The notes below the pieces were generated by a model, which was given only the letters and a program-made list of their open reading frames with translations, did not search any database and had not been told where the DNA came from. The position numbers were made by a program, and so were the translations under genes. 64,000 nucleotides of DNA from Octopus sinensis (taxonomy: Eukaryota), in assembly GCF_006345805.1 (NCBI RefSeq), contig NC_043016.1, forward strand, positions 31,000,001 through 31,064,000. Direction: 5' to 3'. Shown in pieces: positions 13,885 to 26,071 of the stretch. Every line of letters begins with the position of its first letter. Positions within the stretch are counted from its first letter, which is position 1.

Positions 13885-14409
13885 TCATCATCATCATCAT
13901 CATCATTTAGCGTCCGTTTTCCATGCTAGCATGGGTTGGACAGTTCAACTGGGGTCTGTGAAGCTGGAAGGCTTCATCAGGCCCAGTCAGATCTGGCAGT
14001 GTTTCTACGGCTGGATGCCCTTCCTAACGCCAACCACTCCGTGAGTGTAGTGGGTGCTTTTTACGTGCTACCCGCACAGGTGCCAGACAGAGCTGGCAGT
14101 AAAAAATCAAAAAAAAATCGAGCGAGATCATTGCCAGTGCCGCTGGACTGGCTCCTGTGCAGGTGGCATGTAAAAAACACCATTTGAGCATGGCTGTTGC
14201 CTGTACCACCTAACTGGCTCTCGTGCCGGTGGCATGTAAAAGCACCCACTACACTCTCGGAGTGGTTGGTGTCATGAAGGGCATTCAGCTGTAGAAACTC
14301 TGCCAGATCAGATTGGAGACTGGTGCAGCCATCTGGTTCACCAGTCCTCAGTCAAATTGCCCAACCCATGCTAGCATGGAAAGCTGATGTTAAACGGTGG
14401 TGATGATGA
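13885..14409. mobile_element. Two RTE-LINE 3' ends (family B) in inverted orientation
   Basis: 13885-~14075 is the reverse complement of ~14225-14409; (CAT)n and (GAT)n tails point outward. Confidence 0.85.
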
Positions 14410-15149
14410 GGAATGTGCTTTATTAGAGTGCAGGAAGATCATGTATTAACAAATTAAGTAGTGGGTTTTGAGTTCAAATTCTGCCAAGGTCGACTTTGCC
14501 TTTCATCTTTTCAGAGTTGATAAAATAAGTACCGGTTATGCACTGGGGTCAATATAATTGATTTACCCCTCCCCTCCCCCAAAACTGTCAAAATTTGAAA
14601 CCAATTAATTAAGAAGTGGGTTTGAGTATATATCTTCATGGTACTCCATTCAGGAACTTGCAACTACCAGATGTGTTGTTGTATTTTAACATAAGCTTGT
14701 GATCTGAGAAAAGTAGTTTGTTAGCTAGCATTTTGTTGTTGTTGTTGTTGTTCAGCCCAAGGTTAGCTTTGAGCAGATTTATCATGTGTAGGTAATCAGT
14801 CAAATGATAGTGCAATTCACAAATAGAAAACTCCAGATATACCATTCCGCCACTTAGTGGTGGACCATGCTGTTAGATTATGAAATACGTTTCATCATAC
14901 AGGCAGCAATCTGACAACGTTGCTTCTTTTGCAATATCCAGCTTCTTGTATGCAAATAAGTTCTGGTGATGGTCACTGCAGAGATCAGTTAAATTTACAG
15001 AACTTGCTAAAGCCGCCACACTCTGAGCACAGCGTGTCCTGTTCTTCTATATTTACTTCAGGTATTGAATATTCTAGAAGTATGTTTGGAGTAAATAAAA
15101 TAAGTTTCTTGATATTATTTTTTGTATGTATGTTTTTTTTGCCTGGACT

Positions 15150-15720
15150 GTGGTGGGAGAGATTTTTTTCTTAATTACTTTTCTGAGGTGTTGTAGATGT
15201 CTGATAGATTCTACATGCAGTAGCAAGTTCTGTAAGGATTGAAACTTTCTGCAGCAATAAATTGTAGGACTTGCATATCCAGGTCACCTTTCATTTTTAA
15301 GTATTTTTGTTTTATTGCATGTATGGGTTGTGTACTGCTTGTGATTATGTTTTCTGGGTTCAGTTTATGATTATTCTTTGTAATTTGTTGTGAAGATAGG
15401 AGTGACATAATCCATTATAGACTAAATATCTTCTTTGAACAATTTGCGCCATTTAAATGTGGTGTCTGTGATTGCTAAATATATATACATGTGTTGTTTT
15501 GCTTTCTTTATTAGGTCTTGTACTAGTGCTATAAATACTGCATTAAGGAATGTACATAATTCATTGCATTTTTGTAGTATTTTTTTTTCTAACTTTAACG
15601 GCATATTTGATGCTTTTTGATGTAAAGTCAAAGTAACTGTGCAACTGAGTTTGGAGAATGCTGGAAACTATGGTTGCTGTTACTAATTTATAAGGCTGTG
15701 TTGTTTGGATGTGTACATTT
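15150..15720 (-). mobile_element. Possible decayed Penelope-like GIY-YIG remnant
   Basis: Minus-strand fragments MPLK, YI, TTFKWR, ICKSYN resemble the PLE endonuclease region; heavily degraded. Confidence 0.35.
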
Positions 15721-15989
15721 AAGTTACTAATGAAACCTCTATACTTAAACTTTTGACAAAAAATATCTCACCATTTCAAAAAGAAAGATACTGGATAATG
15801 CAGTTCCAAGGCAGCAAATTATGAGAGTCATTAGAACATCTTGTGGAATTCTTTGCAGTGTCTGTTTCAAGTCTTTGCACTCTAAGTCCAAATACTGCCA
15901 TTGCCAACTTTGACTTCCATCATTTTTGGAATTGATAAAGTACTGTGAACTGATTCCCTTCCTGCTCCCTTCCTCTCTCTGGATTGGCT

Positions 15990-16384
15990 ACATTGGATGG
16001 AAGCACTCCGTCGGTTACGACGACGAGGGTTCCGGTTGATCCGAATCAACGGAACAGCCTGCTCGTGAAATTAACGTGTAAGTGGCTGAGCACTCCACAG
16101 ACAGGTGTATCCTTAACATAGTTCTCGGGGATATTCAGCGTTACACAGAGAGTGACAAGGCAGGCCCCTTTGAAATACAGGTACAACAGAAACAGGAAGT
16201 AAGAGTGAGAGAAAGTTGTGGTGAAAGAGTACAGCAGGGATCACCACCATCCCCTGCCGGAGCCTCGTGGAGCTTTTAGGTGTTTTCGCTCAATAAACAC
16301 TCCCAACGCCCGGTCTGGGAATCGAAACCGCGATCCTATGACCGCGAGTCCACTGCCCTAACCACTGGGCCATTGCGCCTCCAC
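15990..16384 (-). mobile_element. tRNA-derived SINE family D (3' module 1)
   Basis: Minus-strand head gtggaggcgcaatggcccagtggttagggc...ggtttcgattccc with A/B boxes. Confidence 0.85.
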
Positions 16385-16969
16385 TCCGGCTACATTGAGA
16401 GGGCCTCTCAAAGAACATTCCCAAATTTTTGAAAATTGTATAAGATTAGTTAATTGTAACATGACTAAATTCCTGTTAAATTTGATGGTACAGTATTCAT
16501 TATCATCATCATCATCATCATTTAACATCTGTTTTCCATGCCGGCATGGATTGGATGGTTTGACAGGAGCTGGCCATCCAGGGAGCTGTTCAAACTCCAA
16601 TCGTTTACTGTGACATGGTTTCTATGGCTGGATGTTCTTCCTAACATGTACCACTTTACAGAGTGTGCTGAGTGCTTTTTACATGCCTAAAGTACTTTGT
16701 CAAGCAAAGAAAAGTGTAGTAAAAGGTTAACCTGATTTGAATTCAGAATCAATATAAAACAATTTGTTATAAAATTTAAGGTAGCATTTTGCCACTGTTC
16801 AAGCCCATGTAATCTATCCGTCCGCTATGAGACTGTGTTCATCCTAAATGTGAAGGCTCAGGATAGCTTATCAACTAATGTGGCATATCCAGATATTTTG
16901 GCCATAGACTATTGTATTGACAGGTCATGTACAAGATGGAAGTCACTTCCTTTTTGCTGCTGTTACAGT

Positions 16970-17273
16970 TGTTGTTGTTGTTTGTCCCTTCTCAAGCCAC
17001 ATCTGGCTCATAAGGGCCGGTTTCCTTGGCGTATAGGTTCCCCACCTGGGCAGGATGCCAGTCCATCACACGTAAGCTACAAGATGCAGGAGGAAAGAGT
17101 GAGAGAAAGTTGTGGCAAAAGAGTCAGCAGAAGTTTGCCATTACCTTCTGCCGGAGCCACGTGCAGCTTAGGTGTTTCACTCATAAACACACTCATCGCC
17201 CGGTCCGAGATTCGAACCTGCGATCCCTCGGCTGCGAGTCCACTGCTCTAACCACTAGGCCATGTGCCTCCAC
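16970..17273 (-). mobile_element. tRNA-derived SINE family D (3' module 2, (CAA)n tail)
   Basis: Same head type; 3' part contains tgatggactggcatcc. Confidence 0.8.
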
Positions 17274-17352
17274 TGCCCTTTACAGTATTATATGTTAAAA
17301 ACACAGTTGCTATACTGACATATTAATGACTTCATTTACTTTTATCCTTTAA

Positions 17353-18200
17353 CTTTTACTTGTTTCGCTCATTAGTCTGCAGCCTTGCTGGGGCACTGCC
17401 ATGAAGAATTTTAGTCAAACAAATCAATGCCAACACTTTTTTTGAAAGCCTGGTATTTATCCTATTTTGCTGAACTGCTAAGGGAGAGGTCATCTGTTTA
17501 CATCCCTGTAACAACCAGTGTTGGTTGTCAAGCAGTGATAAGGGACAAATACAGACATGCACACACACGATAGGCTTCTTTAAGTATCCATCTACCAAAT
17601 CCACTCACAAGGCTTTGGTTCTGCCTGAGGTTATGGTAGAAAACACTTACCCTAAGTGCCATGCAGTGAGACTAAACTCCCAGAACCATATGGTTGGGAG
17701 ACTAGCATAAACACTTTCCTCCTTGGAGACTGCAAAAGAAGACCATGTGACTGACATAATTTCTTACATTTGTCATTAAAATTTCAAACCTGCACCTTTT
17801 GTTTCTGAATTCAAGATTATACCCATATATCTATCTTTTATCTTTTACTTGTTTCAGTTATTAGGCTGTGACCATGTCTGAATGAATTTTAGTTGAATGA
17901 ATCGAATCCAGTACTTAATTTTTTTTAAAGCCTGATACTTATTTTATCAGTGTCTTTTGCTAAAATTCGAAGTTACAGAGATGTTAACAAACCAACACCA
18001 GTTGTGAAGTGGTGGTAGGAAACACACACACACACAAACACATATATACAACAGGGTCCTTTCAATTTCTACCTTCCAAGTCCACTCACAAAGTTTTGGT
18101 TAGCCCGAGGCTATAGTAGAACACACTTGTCCAAGGTGCCACACAGTAGGACTGAACCTGAAACCATGTGGTTGAGAAGCAAGCTTCTTACCACACAGTC
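17353..18200 (-). mobile_element. Two diverged SINE family A copies (17353-17705, 17834-18200)
   Basis: Family A similarity. Confidence 0.8.
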
Positions 18201-18468
18201 ACAAGTGCACCTATCTATCATAGTAATATTCATTTGTTATATTTTCAAGCTCAGTAGTCCTTGTCTGGTCAACATTATAAACAGATCTGTATATTTAGAG
18301 TAGTTGGTTATCAAGTAGGATACTCTTAGTAACACTAATTTCTATCTATCTTATGAACTGAGATTATTTTGAATATAAGTGTTATAGATGTAGGCCTATA
18401 AATTAAATTGTCATGTTGTCCAGCTCCATAATTACTGTATGTTTAAATGTTGTATTTGATTTTATTAG

Positions 18469-18570
18469 GTGAAGAATTTGCAAAATGTCCTGTTGATGCC
18501 TACCCTGGTTTAGCTATTGAGCCTGTGATGGATTCCAGTAGATACTTTGTGATTCGAATCAAAGAAGGGG
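18469..18570 (+). CDS. NECAP: NECAP coding exon ((G)[33 protein letters not shown])
   Basis: ttattag| acceptor, |gtaagg donor, conserved [10 protein letters not shown] motif, in frame with neighbouring exons. Confidence 0.96.
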
Positions 18571-19634
18571 GTAAGGAACATCAAAATTTACAGTTATTAC
18601 AAAGGATTTTATTTCAAAAGAAAAAAAATCTTTTCAGATTTTTTTAATATTCAATAATTTGCTATTTGACAAAATATTGTATTTAAATGTTTTTTTTTTC
18701 TAACTTTATATTCCAATTGAGTTTTACATAGTGGATATATTTTGAAATTTTAATAGCCTAAGAAGTCATTGACATCATTATCATTAATGATTATTTTATC
18801 TGTCTTTACATTTTAGTCTTGGTTTGATGTGTTTAAGACACATCTTATCTCTAATTCTTTTCACCACGTTTCATCTCTTTTCTGATGCCTCGTGTTTTGC
18901 TTCTGAATCTTAAACCCTCCACTGTCAATTCTTGGCACTTTCGTCTCCCAGTTTAATCATCTGATCGCTTTACATACCAATGTAGTTGCTTCTCAGGCAT
19001 ACTTCAGCTGATACCTCTGTTGCAAAACTGCTTGTCAACTCAGATGCCCATGGCCCATACGTAAATGACATTATACATCCAATGGTCCAATGGGATGTTT
19101 TTGTTTTAACGAAAGAAGTTTCCTTTCTAAACCAATACTAACCTGTCAAAATCAGAATCTTTAGCTGGTGATTGAATTATAGACTCTTCTGCATAGTGCT
19201 CTATACCACAACTCCTCTTTGCTTATGTCTTTCCCACAGGTATTCACTTGCAATGATTCAAGAGGAACATTTACAGCATCTGTTTCCCTGGTCTCGGAGG
19301 GCCTGCAAAGACCATGGGCACTGTCCCTTCCTCCAGACCCAACAAGTAAAAAAAATAAAAGATTTTATTTATTACACCATTGTCCTATAAATAGGACAAT
19401 TTTGTTAAACCTATTCTTCTATCTTTGCTGCTAAATTTGTCTAACATCTACACCTGACTGGTTTTTTTTTTTTACTACCTTTCAAATCATTAGATGCAAG
19501 GAGTACTTTTTACTACTAATATAATTCTAATTCATTGTCACCTACACTTATATTGCTTTAAACAGCTATGTTTATTTAAAGCTTAACTATTTGTCTGAAA
19601 TCAAATTCTTTCATATTTCAATTTTTGCTTTCAG

Positions 19635-19716
19635 AACGAAGTGCTTTCATTGGAATTGGTTTTACAGATAGAAGTGATTCATTTGATCTGAATGTTGCTC
19701 TACAAGATCATTTTAA
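19635..19716 (+). CDS. NECAP: NECAP coding exon ((E)[26 protein letters not shown](K))
   Basis: tttcag| acceptor, |gtaagt donor, conserved [22 protein letters not shown] motif. Absent from the ORF track; read manually. Confidence 0.96.
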
Positions 19717-19777
19717 GTAAGTTTCTAATCTTCAAATATTCTTGTATTTCATTTTAGCTGTCTGATATAAATTATTT

Positions 19778-19998
19778 TTAACCCTTTAGCCATGTTTGGC
19801 TCAGATATTCTATCTGTTTTATGTTCAGACTGATTGAATTTGGCCTCTCGTATCTACCCTACAATGTCATTAAAAAAAAAAAAATGACCAATCACAACAT
19901 TGAAATCTTGAAGCTACAAAATAATGCATGAGTAGTTCAAAACAATGTGAATAAATAAGCATTACATCTGACAGAGTAATTTGAATGCTTAAGGTTAA
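19778..19998 (+). mobile_element. piggyBac-type MITE monomer
   Basis: TTAA-CCCTTTAGC ... GCTTAAGG-TTAA ends; same body as the array at 41811-42686. Confidence 0.7.
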
Positions 19999-21260
19999 AA
20001 CCGTTTTAGATAAAAAGCATATTTGTATATATAAAATATATGTACTTGGCTGTAGAAAATCTTGGAGGATCTACTCTTAAGATCTTAGCAAACTAGTAGA
20101 GATATAAGAGCAACCATGGGTTTTTTTATTGACGATTATCAATGATCCAAAGTTTTGCTTTGCTATAGATTTTTTATGTCTTTCAGTTTTCATGCAGTGC
20201 TACAGAGTCAGTGCTTTTTCCTTATTCTATTAGGATATACCAGAATTAATATCTGAGTACAATAACACTAGTTATTTGATAAATAAATTTCTCTTATCAG
20301 TTGAGAAATTTCTGTTGTAAAGATTCAAAATTAAGTGGAATAATGAGAGTGAAAACAAAATACATCCAATTATATAGAACCATCACTTTAAGTCCGTGTA
20401 GAGTAACTTCAGGTAAGACTACAGATACATTTACAGTCAAATACTGATACTAATTTATTTATAATACATGCATTATAATCTCTATATATAAAACTGAAAT
20501 GCGTTTTTACCGCTTGGATCGCTTTTAATGCCACTACGCCCCGTCCGATTCGCTCCAAAATTTACAGGGACGTGTAGAATGAGGTGACGATGCTTGTGGG
20601 CTACCTTAGAAATCCCTATCTTAAAAAGTGTTGTTGCTAGGGGCCATCTTCCTCACTCACGCTATTTCCTCCTTTCCCTCTCTTACTCCCCTTCATTTAT
20701 AACTTTGAGAATTCCACTACCGTTATTTAAAGTATCTGTCACTCTCGCTATTTCCTCTCTTTTTCACTGACTCTGTTTCCTACCTTCCTATCACTCCGGC
20801 GGCGTTCTTTTAAGTATCTGTCTGTCACCAACAATCAACACACGAGCATGAGAACAAATATTATGAATCAGATATTCTTGCGTTCATTTATATGTGTGTG
20901 TGTGTGTTCTATATATAAATATGTATATATAATGTATGTGTGTGTGTGTTCTATATATAAATATGTATATATAATGTATATATACAAAGTGTATATATCT
21001 GTATTTATGTATATTAAAGTTTTTCATACTTTTCCATAGTTATATATATTTTTAAACAAATTATAAATATAATTTAATAATTTTTATTTTCAATTTAAAT
21101 AATTTAAATTTTTCAATTTTATATTTTCTATATTTTCTATATTATATTTTTTTATGTTTTTGTTTTTTCACTGTTTGATTTGCCTATTAGTGGTTTTCTC
21201 TCTAATTTAATTTATACAGATATATATCTCATTTGTATACATTTGTATATATAATGCGTG

Positions 21261-21299
<39 letters not shown>

Positions 21300-22028
21300 G
21301 GCGAAGTTTCGCATGTCGTAGCACAGATTTCCGTCGATTTCCGTAAAAAACTTTTATTTTTTTACATAAGTAATGAGAGCGAAAGAGACTAAGAGGAAGC
21401 GATTTTACGACGAGAAGGTTTCACTTTGAAGTCGGCCTGTGTGTGTTTGATGGGGTGTGGAGACAGACAGTATGTTGTGTAAGTGAAGTGCTTCTGTTAG
21501 TGTGTGCGAAGAGACAGAGAGAGTAATGTGTGAAAGAGAGAGATAACTGATTTTTTACTCGGTGTATGTGTATATGTATGTATGCATGTATGTGTGGTGT
21601 GTATGTATCTATGTATGTGTGTGTGTGTGTAAGTATGTGTGTGTGTATGTATGTATGTATGGCCGATTCATCGTAATTTTTTACTCGGTGTATGTGTATA
21701 TGTATGTCTGCATGTATGTGTGTGTGTATGTTATGTATCTATGTATGTGTGTATGTATGTATGGTCGATTCATAGTAATTTTTTACTCGGTGTATGTGTA
21801 TATGTATGTCTGTCTCTTCACACACACTAACAGAAGCACTTCACTTACACAACATACTGTCTGTCTCCCACACCCCATCAAACACACACAGGCCGACTTC
21901 AAAGTGAAACCTTCTCGTCGTAAAATCGCTTCCTCTTAGTCTCTTTCGCTCTCATTACTTATGTAAAAAAATAAAAGTTTTTTACGGAAATCGACGGAAA
22001 TCTGTGCTACTACAACCGAAACTATGCC
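21300..22028. mobile_element. Foldback/MITE with ~220-bp terminal inverted repeats in a (TA)n tract
   Basis: 21300-~21518 is nearly the exact reverse complement of ~21809-22028; the core holds three tttttactcggtgtatgtg-initiated repeats. Confidence 0.9.
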
Positions 22029-22842
22029 ATATATATAATGTGTGCATTACGTAGTTGGTCGATTCAGCTGAAAATATGCACAGCTATGTTAAAAGTGCTG
22101 GCAAGTTTGCATGACAACTATTTTTTTCCTCAAATGAAAGGCGTCACCTCTAGGACAAAATTCCTCATCTTATAAAATGTGACCCCAGTAGACCCGAATG
22201 AAATCGGGTTATATTAACCAAAAGATGAAAAAGGGGTCTAAATGGGGCTGGAAGGGGATTAAAATTTAAAAGGAGCGAGTGTTTAGGAATTCCCTGTTAC
22301 ATCAAGCTAAAAAATTTGCGCCAGCCTTTTAATCTTCAATGTGTTGCCGTCCATGATGAAGAGGTTTTGAATGCTTGCCATGGTGAGTCTACTGTCGTGA
22401 GAAAGAATCACTTCAAAACTTGGTGTTTACGAATTTTCTTTTACTTCAAGTTCAAAATTTTACGCCAGCCGTTAAACTGTCAATACGTTGCTGTCCGTCG
22501 TTAAGAAATGCCAGTCATAGTGACTCTACTATCCTCAGATTCTATCCCTTCAAACTTTGCTTTCCAATATTTTATTATTTTTATTCAGCTCGCAAGTTCG
22601 TCTGTCCCTTTTAAATGTTAGCGTTTTGCTGTATGCCTTGAAGCAGACCTTTCTGTTGCCACTGCCTGATATTTATGATTGATCTTTCTAAATATTTTAT
22701 TTCTCAACTTACTCAAGATATTTTGTTGTTTATAAATGGGAGAGAGATAGATAAAGATAGAGAGTAAGAGAAAGCGAGGGAGAGTCCAAGAGAAAAGAAA
22801 AGTAAGTGAGAGAGAAAGGAGAGAGAAATAAAGAGGGAGAAT

Positions 22843-23146
22843 CATCATCATCGTTTAACGTCCGTTTTCCGTGCTAGCACGGGTTGGACAGTTTGACCGG
22901 GGTCTGGGAAGCCAGGAGGCTGCACCAGGCTCCAGTCTGATCTGGCAGTGTTTCTACAGGTGGATGACCTTCCTAACGCCAACCACTCCGTGAGTGTAGT
23001 GGGTGCTTTTTTCGTGCCGCCGGTACATGTGCCAGGGGGGCTCGCAGTGGCAACGATCGGTTGGTGCTTTTTACGTGCCAACGGCACAGAAGCCAGTCAA
23101 GTCGGCGCTGCAATCGGCCACGTTCGGATGGTGCTTTTTACGTGCT
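22843..23146 (-). mobile_element. RTE-LINE 3' end (family B)
   Basis: (CAT)n plus the family B body. Confidence 0.85.
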
Positions 23147-23214
23147 GAAAGGAAGCAACAGAAAGTAACAACCACACTCTTACCCGCGTGTAGAACGGGT
23201 CACCTTCAGCTAGT

Positions 23215-23680
23215 ATAATATAATAATGAAATTATTGTATACAGTGCTCAGGTGCACCACAACTTGTCAGAAAGTGCATATAAAGCACATGCAGTAATGT
23301 ACAAATGTCTGGAAAGCGAACAATGTATGAGTCAGATACATGCTTGTGTGTGTATGGAGGGGAGAAAATCAGGTGTAGTATTGGTGAATCTCAGAAAGCA
23401 TGGAAGTTTTGAAGGATGCAGTACTCTGACAACTAACAACTGATGCCGGCAGTTTGTTCCATGCTTCAGCAACTCTCAGCGTGAAAAAATGTTTCCTAAA
23501 GTCATGGGAGCTATGCTGTTTTCTGACTTTGTAAATATGTCCACGGGTGTTAGACGGGTGGACTTTGAAAAGGTGCTCAGAGTTATTGTTTGTAAGATGG
23601 TTGATAATTTTATGGGTGTCTGCCAAGTCAGCTGCCAGACGTCGGAGTTTCAATGTGTCCATGCCCAGGGAAGTAAGTAT
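23215..23680 (-). mobile_element. CR1-like LINE 3' fragment
   Basis: LKLRRLAADL..HKII, TRGHIYK, RKHFFTLRVAEAWNKLP; (TTA)n tail at ~23215-23228. Confidence 0.85.
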
Positions 23681-24651
23681 TGTCTTGCTACTCACTAAAG
23701 CAGCATACTATTAATTCCTCCATGCAATAATAAAATCAATTATGCAGTAACTATTCCAGAGCAATGCTCTCTACCATTGATGATGGTGATAAATACTATC
23801 ATTATTGATCATGGTGCTACCTTATTAACAGCAAAAATATGCTAATTAAAAAAAAATATCAACTCTCTAAATACTCTTTCCATCTTTATTCTTTCCTTAA
23901 TTTACATCACTGGTGATGGTGGTGATTGCAATGATGACAATTACCATAATTGCGCACTACAATCTTTATGCATTTTGATGCTCATCGTTGTTATGTTTAC
24001 AATGAAAACAAAAAGCAACAGTAGCTATCTAGACTCGAAGTAGTGAAAGATTACAAGGCTGCTTTTGATATTAGCTTGATGTATTTGCCTGGAAGTTACA
24101 ATTCTAATTTTCAGCCTCTCTCTTTTAGAGTTGCATATGCTACTATACTAAAATTGTCGTTGATATGCATTATATAAATTGTGGTAGTACTATATTTTAC
24201 TCTAATGATCACCATCTCATTATTACCACGCAAAATAGGTAATAGGAATTCAGCAACAGTTCATTGTGGGGAACGCCTTTAGATTGGTGATCGGTTTCAG
24301 TATATCTTTTATTTAATCAATTATTAATTATTTTGAAATTTAGCTAATAGGACTGTCCACCCCTGAATAGTAATTTTATTATATTCTTGCCTAGTGGGTA
24401 CTATTGGTATATTCTGCCTTTTATCCAATGCCTTTTTCTTATTCTTATTTACTTTAAATAAAATGAAAAAAGGTATGTGTATTTCATTCTAATAATTTAT
24501 TTGACTGTATCTCATGCTGATGTAAGATTTAAACTTGTTCATCATTTGCCTTATTAAGTATTTTAACAAAAACTTTTTGTGCTTGTTACAAACCATTAAG
24601 AAAACCTCAAAGCGAGATAGATTTCTGTTAGTACAGAAACAAGGGAAGCTA

Positions 24652-26071
24652 CTTAGTTAGTTAATTTGGCTCAAAAGCAAATAGCAAGGCCATGTAGGGG
24701 GACATGGAGTTAAGTACAGGGTGGTGTTCATGTAAAGAGTTCAGGCCACTTGAAGTCCAGGGAGGCTTTGAACAAAGCGGTCGTCGGCATCTTTACCATC
24801 TCGTCTGGCAGCTTGTTCCACGGATCCGCAACCCGGACGGAGAAAGCTCCTCTCCTTCGATTGAGATGAAATCGTCGCAGATAGAGCTTTTCGGAATGAC
24901 CCCGCAGCCGACGCTCTGGAGCAGGAGTGAAGAACAGCTCTTTCGAGAGGTTACACTTTCTGCTTATGATGTTGTGGGCGAGAATGAGATCATCACGGCG
25001 GCGGCGTTTTTCAAGAGAATAAAGGTTGAGCGTCCTCAGCCTTTCTTCGTAGGACAAATTTTTGAGACCATGAACCATGCGGGTAGCCAGCTTCTGGACT
25101 CTTTCGAGATGCTGTATGTCTTTGAGGAGATAAGGAGAAGAGGCTTGAATCCCATACTCCAATATGGGTCTCACCAGCGTGACATAGAGTGGTAGGAATA
25201 TGGCTGCTGTGAGCATTCCGAATGACCGTCGAATCAAGAACAGAATTCCGCTTGCTTTGTTGGCAGCATGGACGCACTGGGCCAAAGGCGAAAAGGAGGA
25301 ATCCACCAAGATACCCAGGTCCTTTACCTGATCGGTCCTCTCCAGCAGCAGACGACCTGGCTCGAAATCAAGTTGAGTTGCAGGAGTAGAGCTGACAGGC
25401 AGATGACAGCACTTTGACACGTTCAGACACAGGTCCCAATCGTTAGACCACTTCCAAATTTGGTGGAGGCATCGACGAAGATCCTCTATATTACCGCGAG
25501 GAGCGACCAGTTTGATATCGTCGGCAAATAGAAGGGTGTGTTGTGTGAGGTCGTCGGGCAAGTCATTTATGAAGACTAAGAACAACAAGGGCCCAAGCAC
25601 TGAACCTTGAGGCACGCCACTGCTCGCACTGGAGACGTTGGACCGCGAACCATTAACTTGGACTTGGAAGGAGCGATCTGAGAGGAAGGCACCAACCCAT
25701 CGTACAATATCCGGATGGAAACTATATGCTTGAAGCTTGACAAGTAATAGGCGGTGGTTTACCGAGTCAAAAGCTTTGGCAAAGTCCAATAAAACGATGT
25801 CAACAGCATCACTATCATCGAGGATGCACGTCACCAATTCTTCCATTACTAGTAAGTTGGTCAAGCATGATCTCTTCGGCACGAAGCCGTGTTGGGAATC
25901 AGAGATAGAGGCTGTGTTTAGGAGGTGGAGCATCATACTTTTCTTAAGGATGGTTTCGAACATCTTGCTGATTATTGATGTAAGGGAAACCGGTCGGTAG
26001 TTAAGCGGGTCTTCGCGGCTCCCTTTCTTGAAAATTGGGCAGATTATCGCTGTTCTAAAATGATTGGCCAT
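24652..26071 (-). mobile_element. 5'-truncated young CR1-clade LINE with an uninterrupted 447-aa RT ORF (24728-26071)
   Basis: NYRPVSLTS, QHGF, DFAKAFDSV, GVPQGSVLGPLLF, FADD, KDLG, RRRDDLI, WNKLP; no stops; (TAAC)n tail at ~24652-24664. Confidence 0.95.

Larger units (their letters stand above)
20479..23213 (+). mobile_element. Non-autonomous Helitron with nested insertions
   Basis: A|TCTCTATATATAAA start; subterminal hairpin acccg-cgtgtagaa-cgggt (23182-23200); CTAG|T end. Confidence 0.7.

Noticed and set aside
16305-16384. Apparent tRNA genes at SINE heads (also ~17200-17273, 55300-55371, 57865-57940)
   Set aside because: They continue into SINE bodies and lack a proper acceptor stem.
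24704-26000. Plus-strand ORFs of 163 aa and 87 aa
   Set aside because: Antisense shadows of the CR1 RT ORF.
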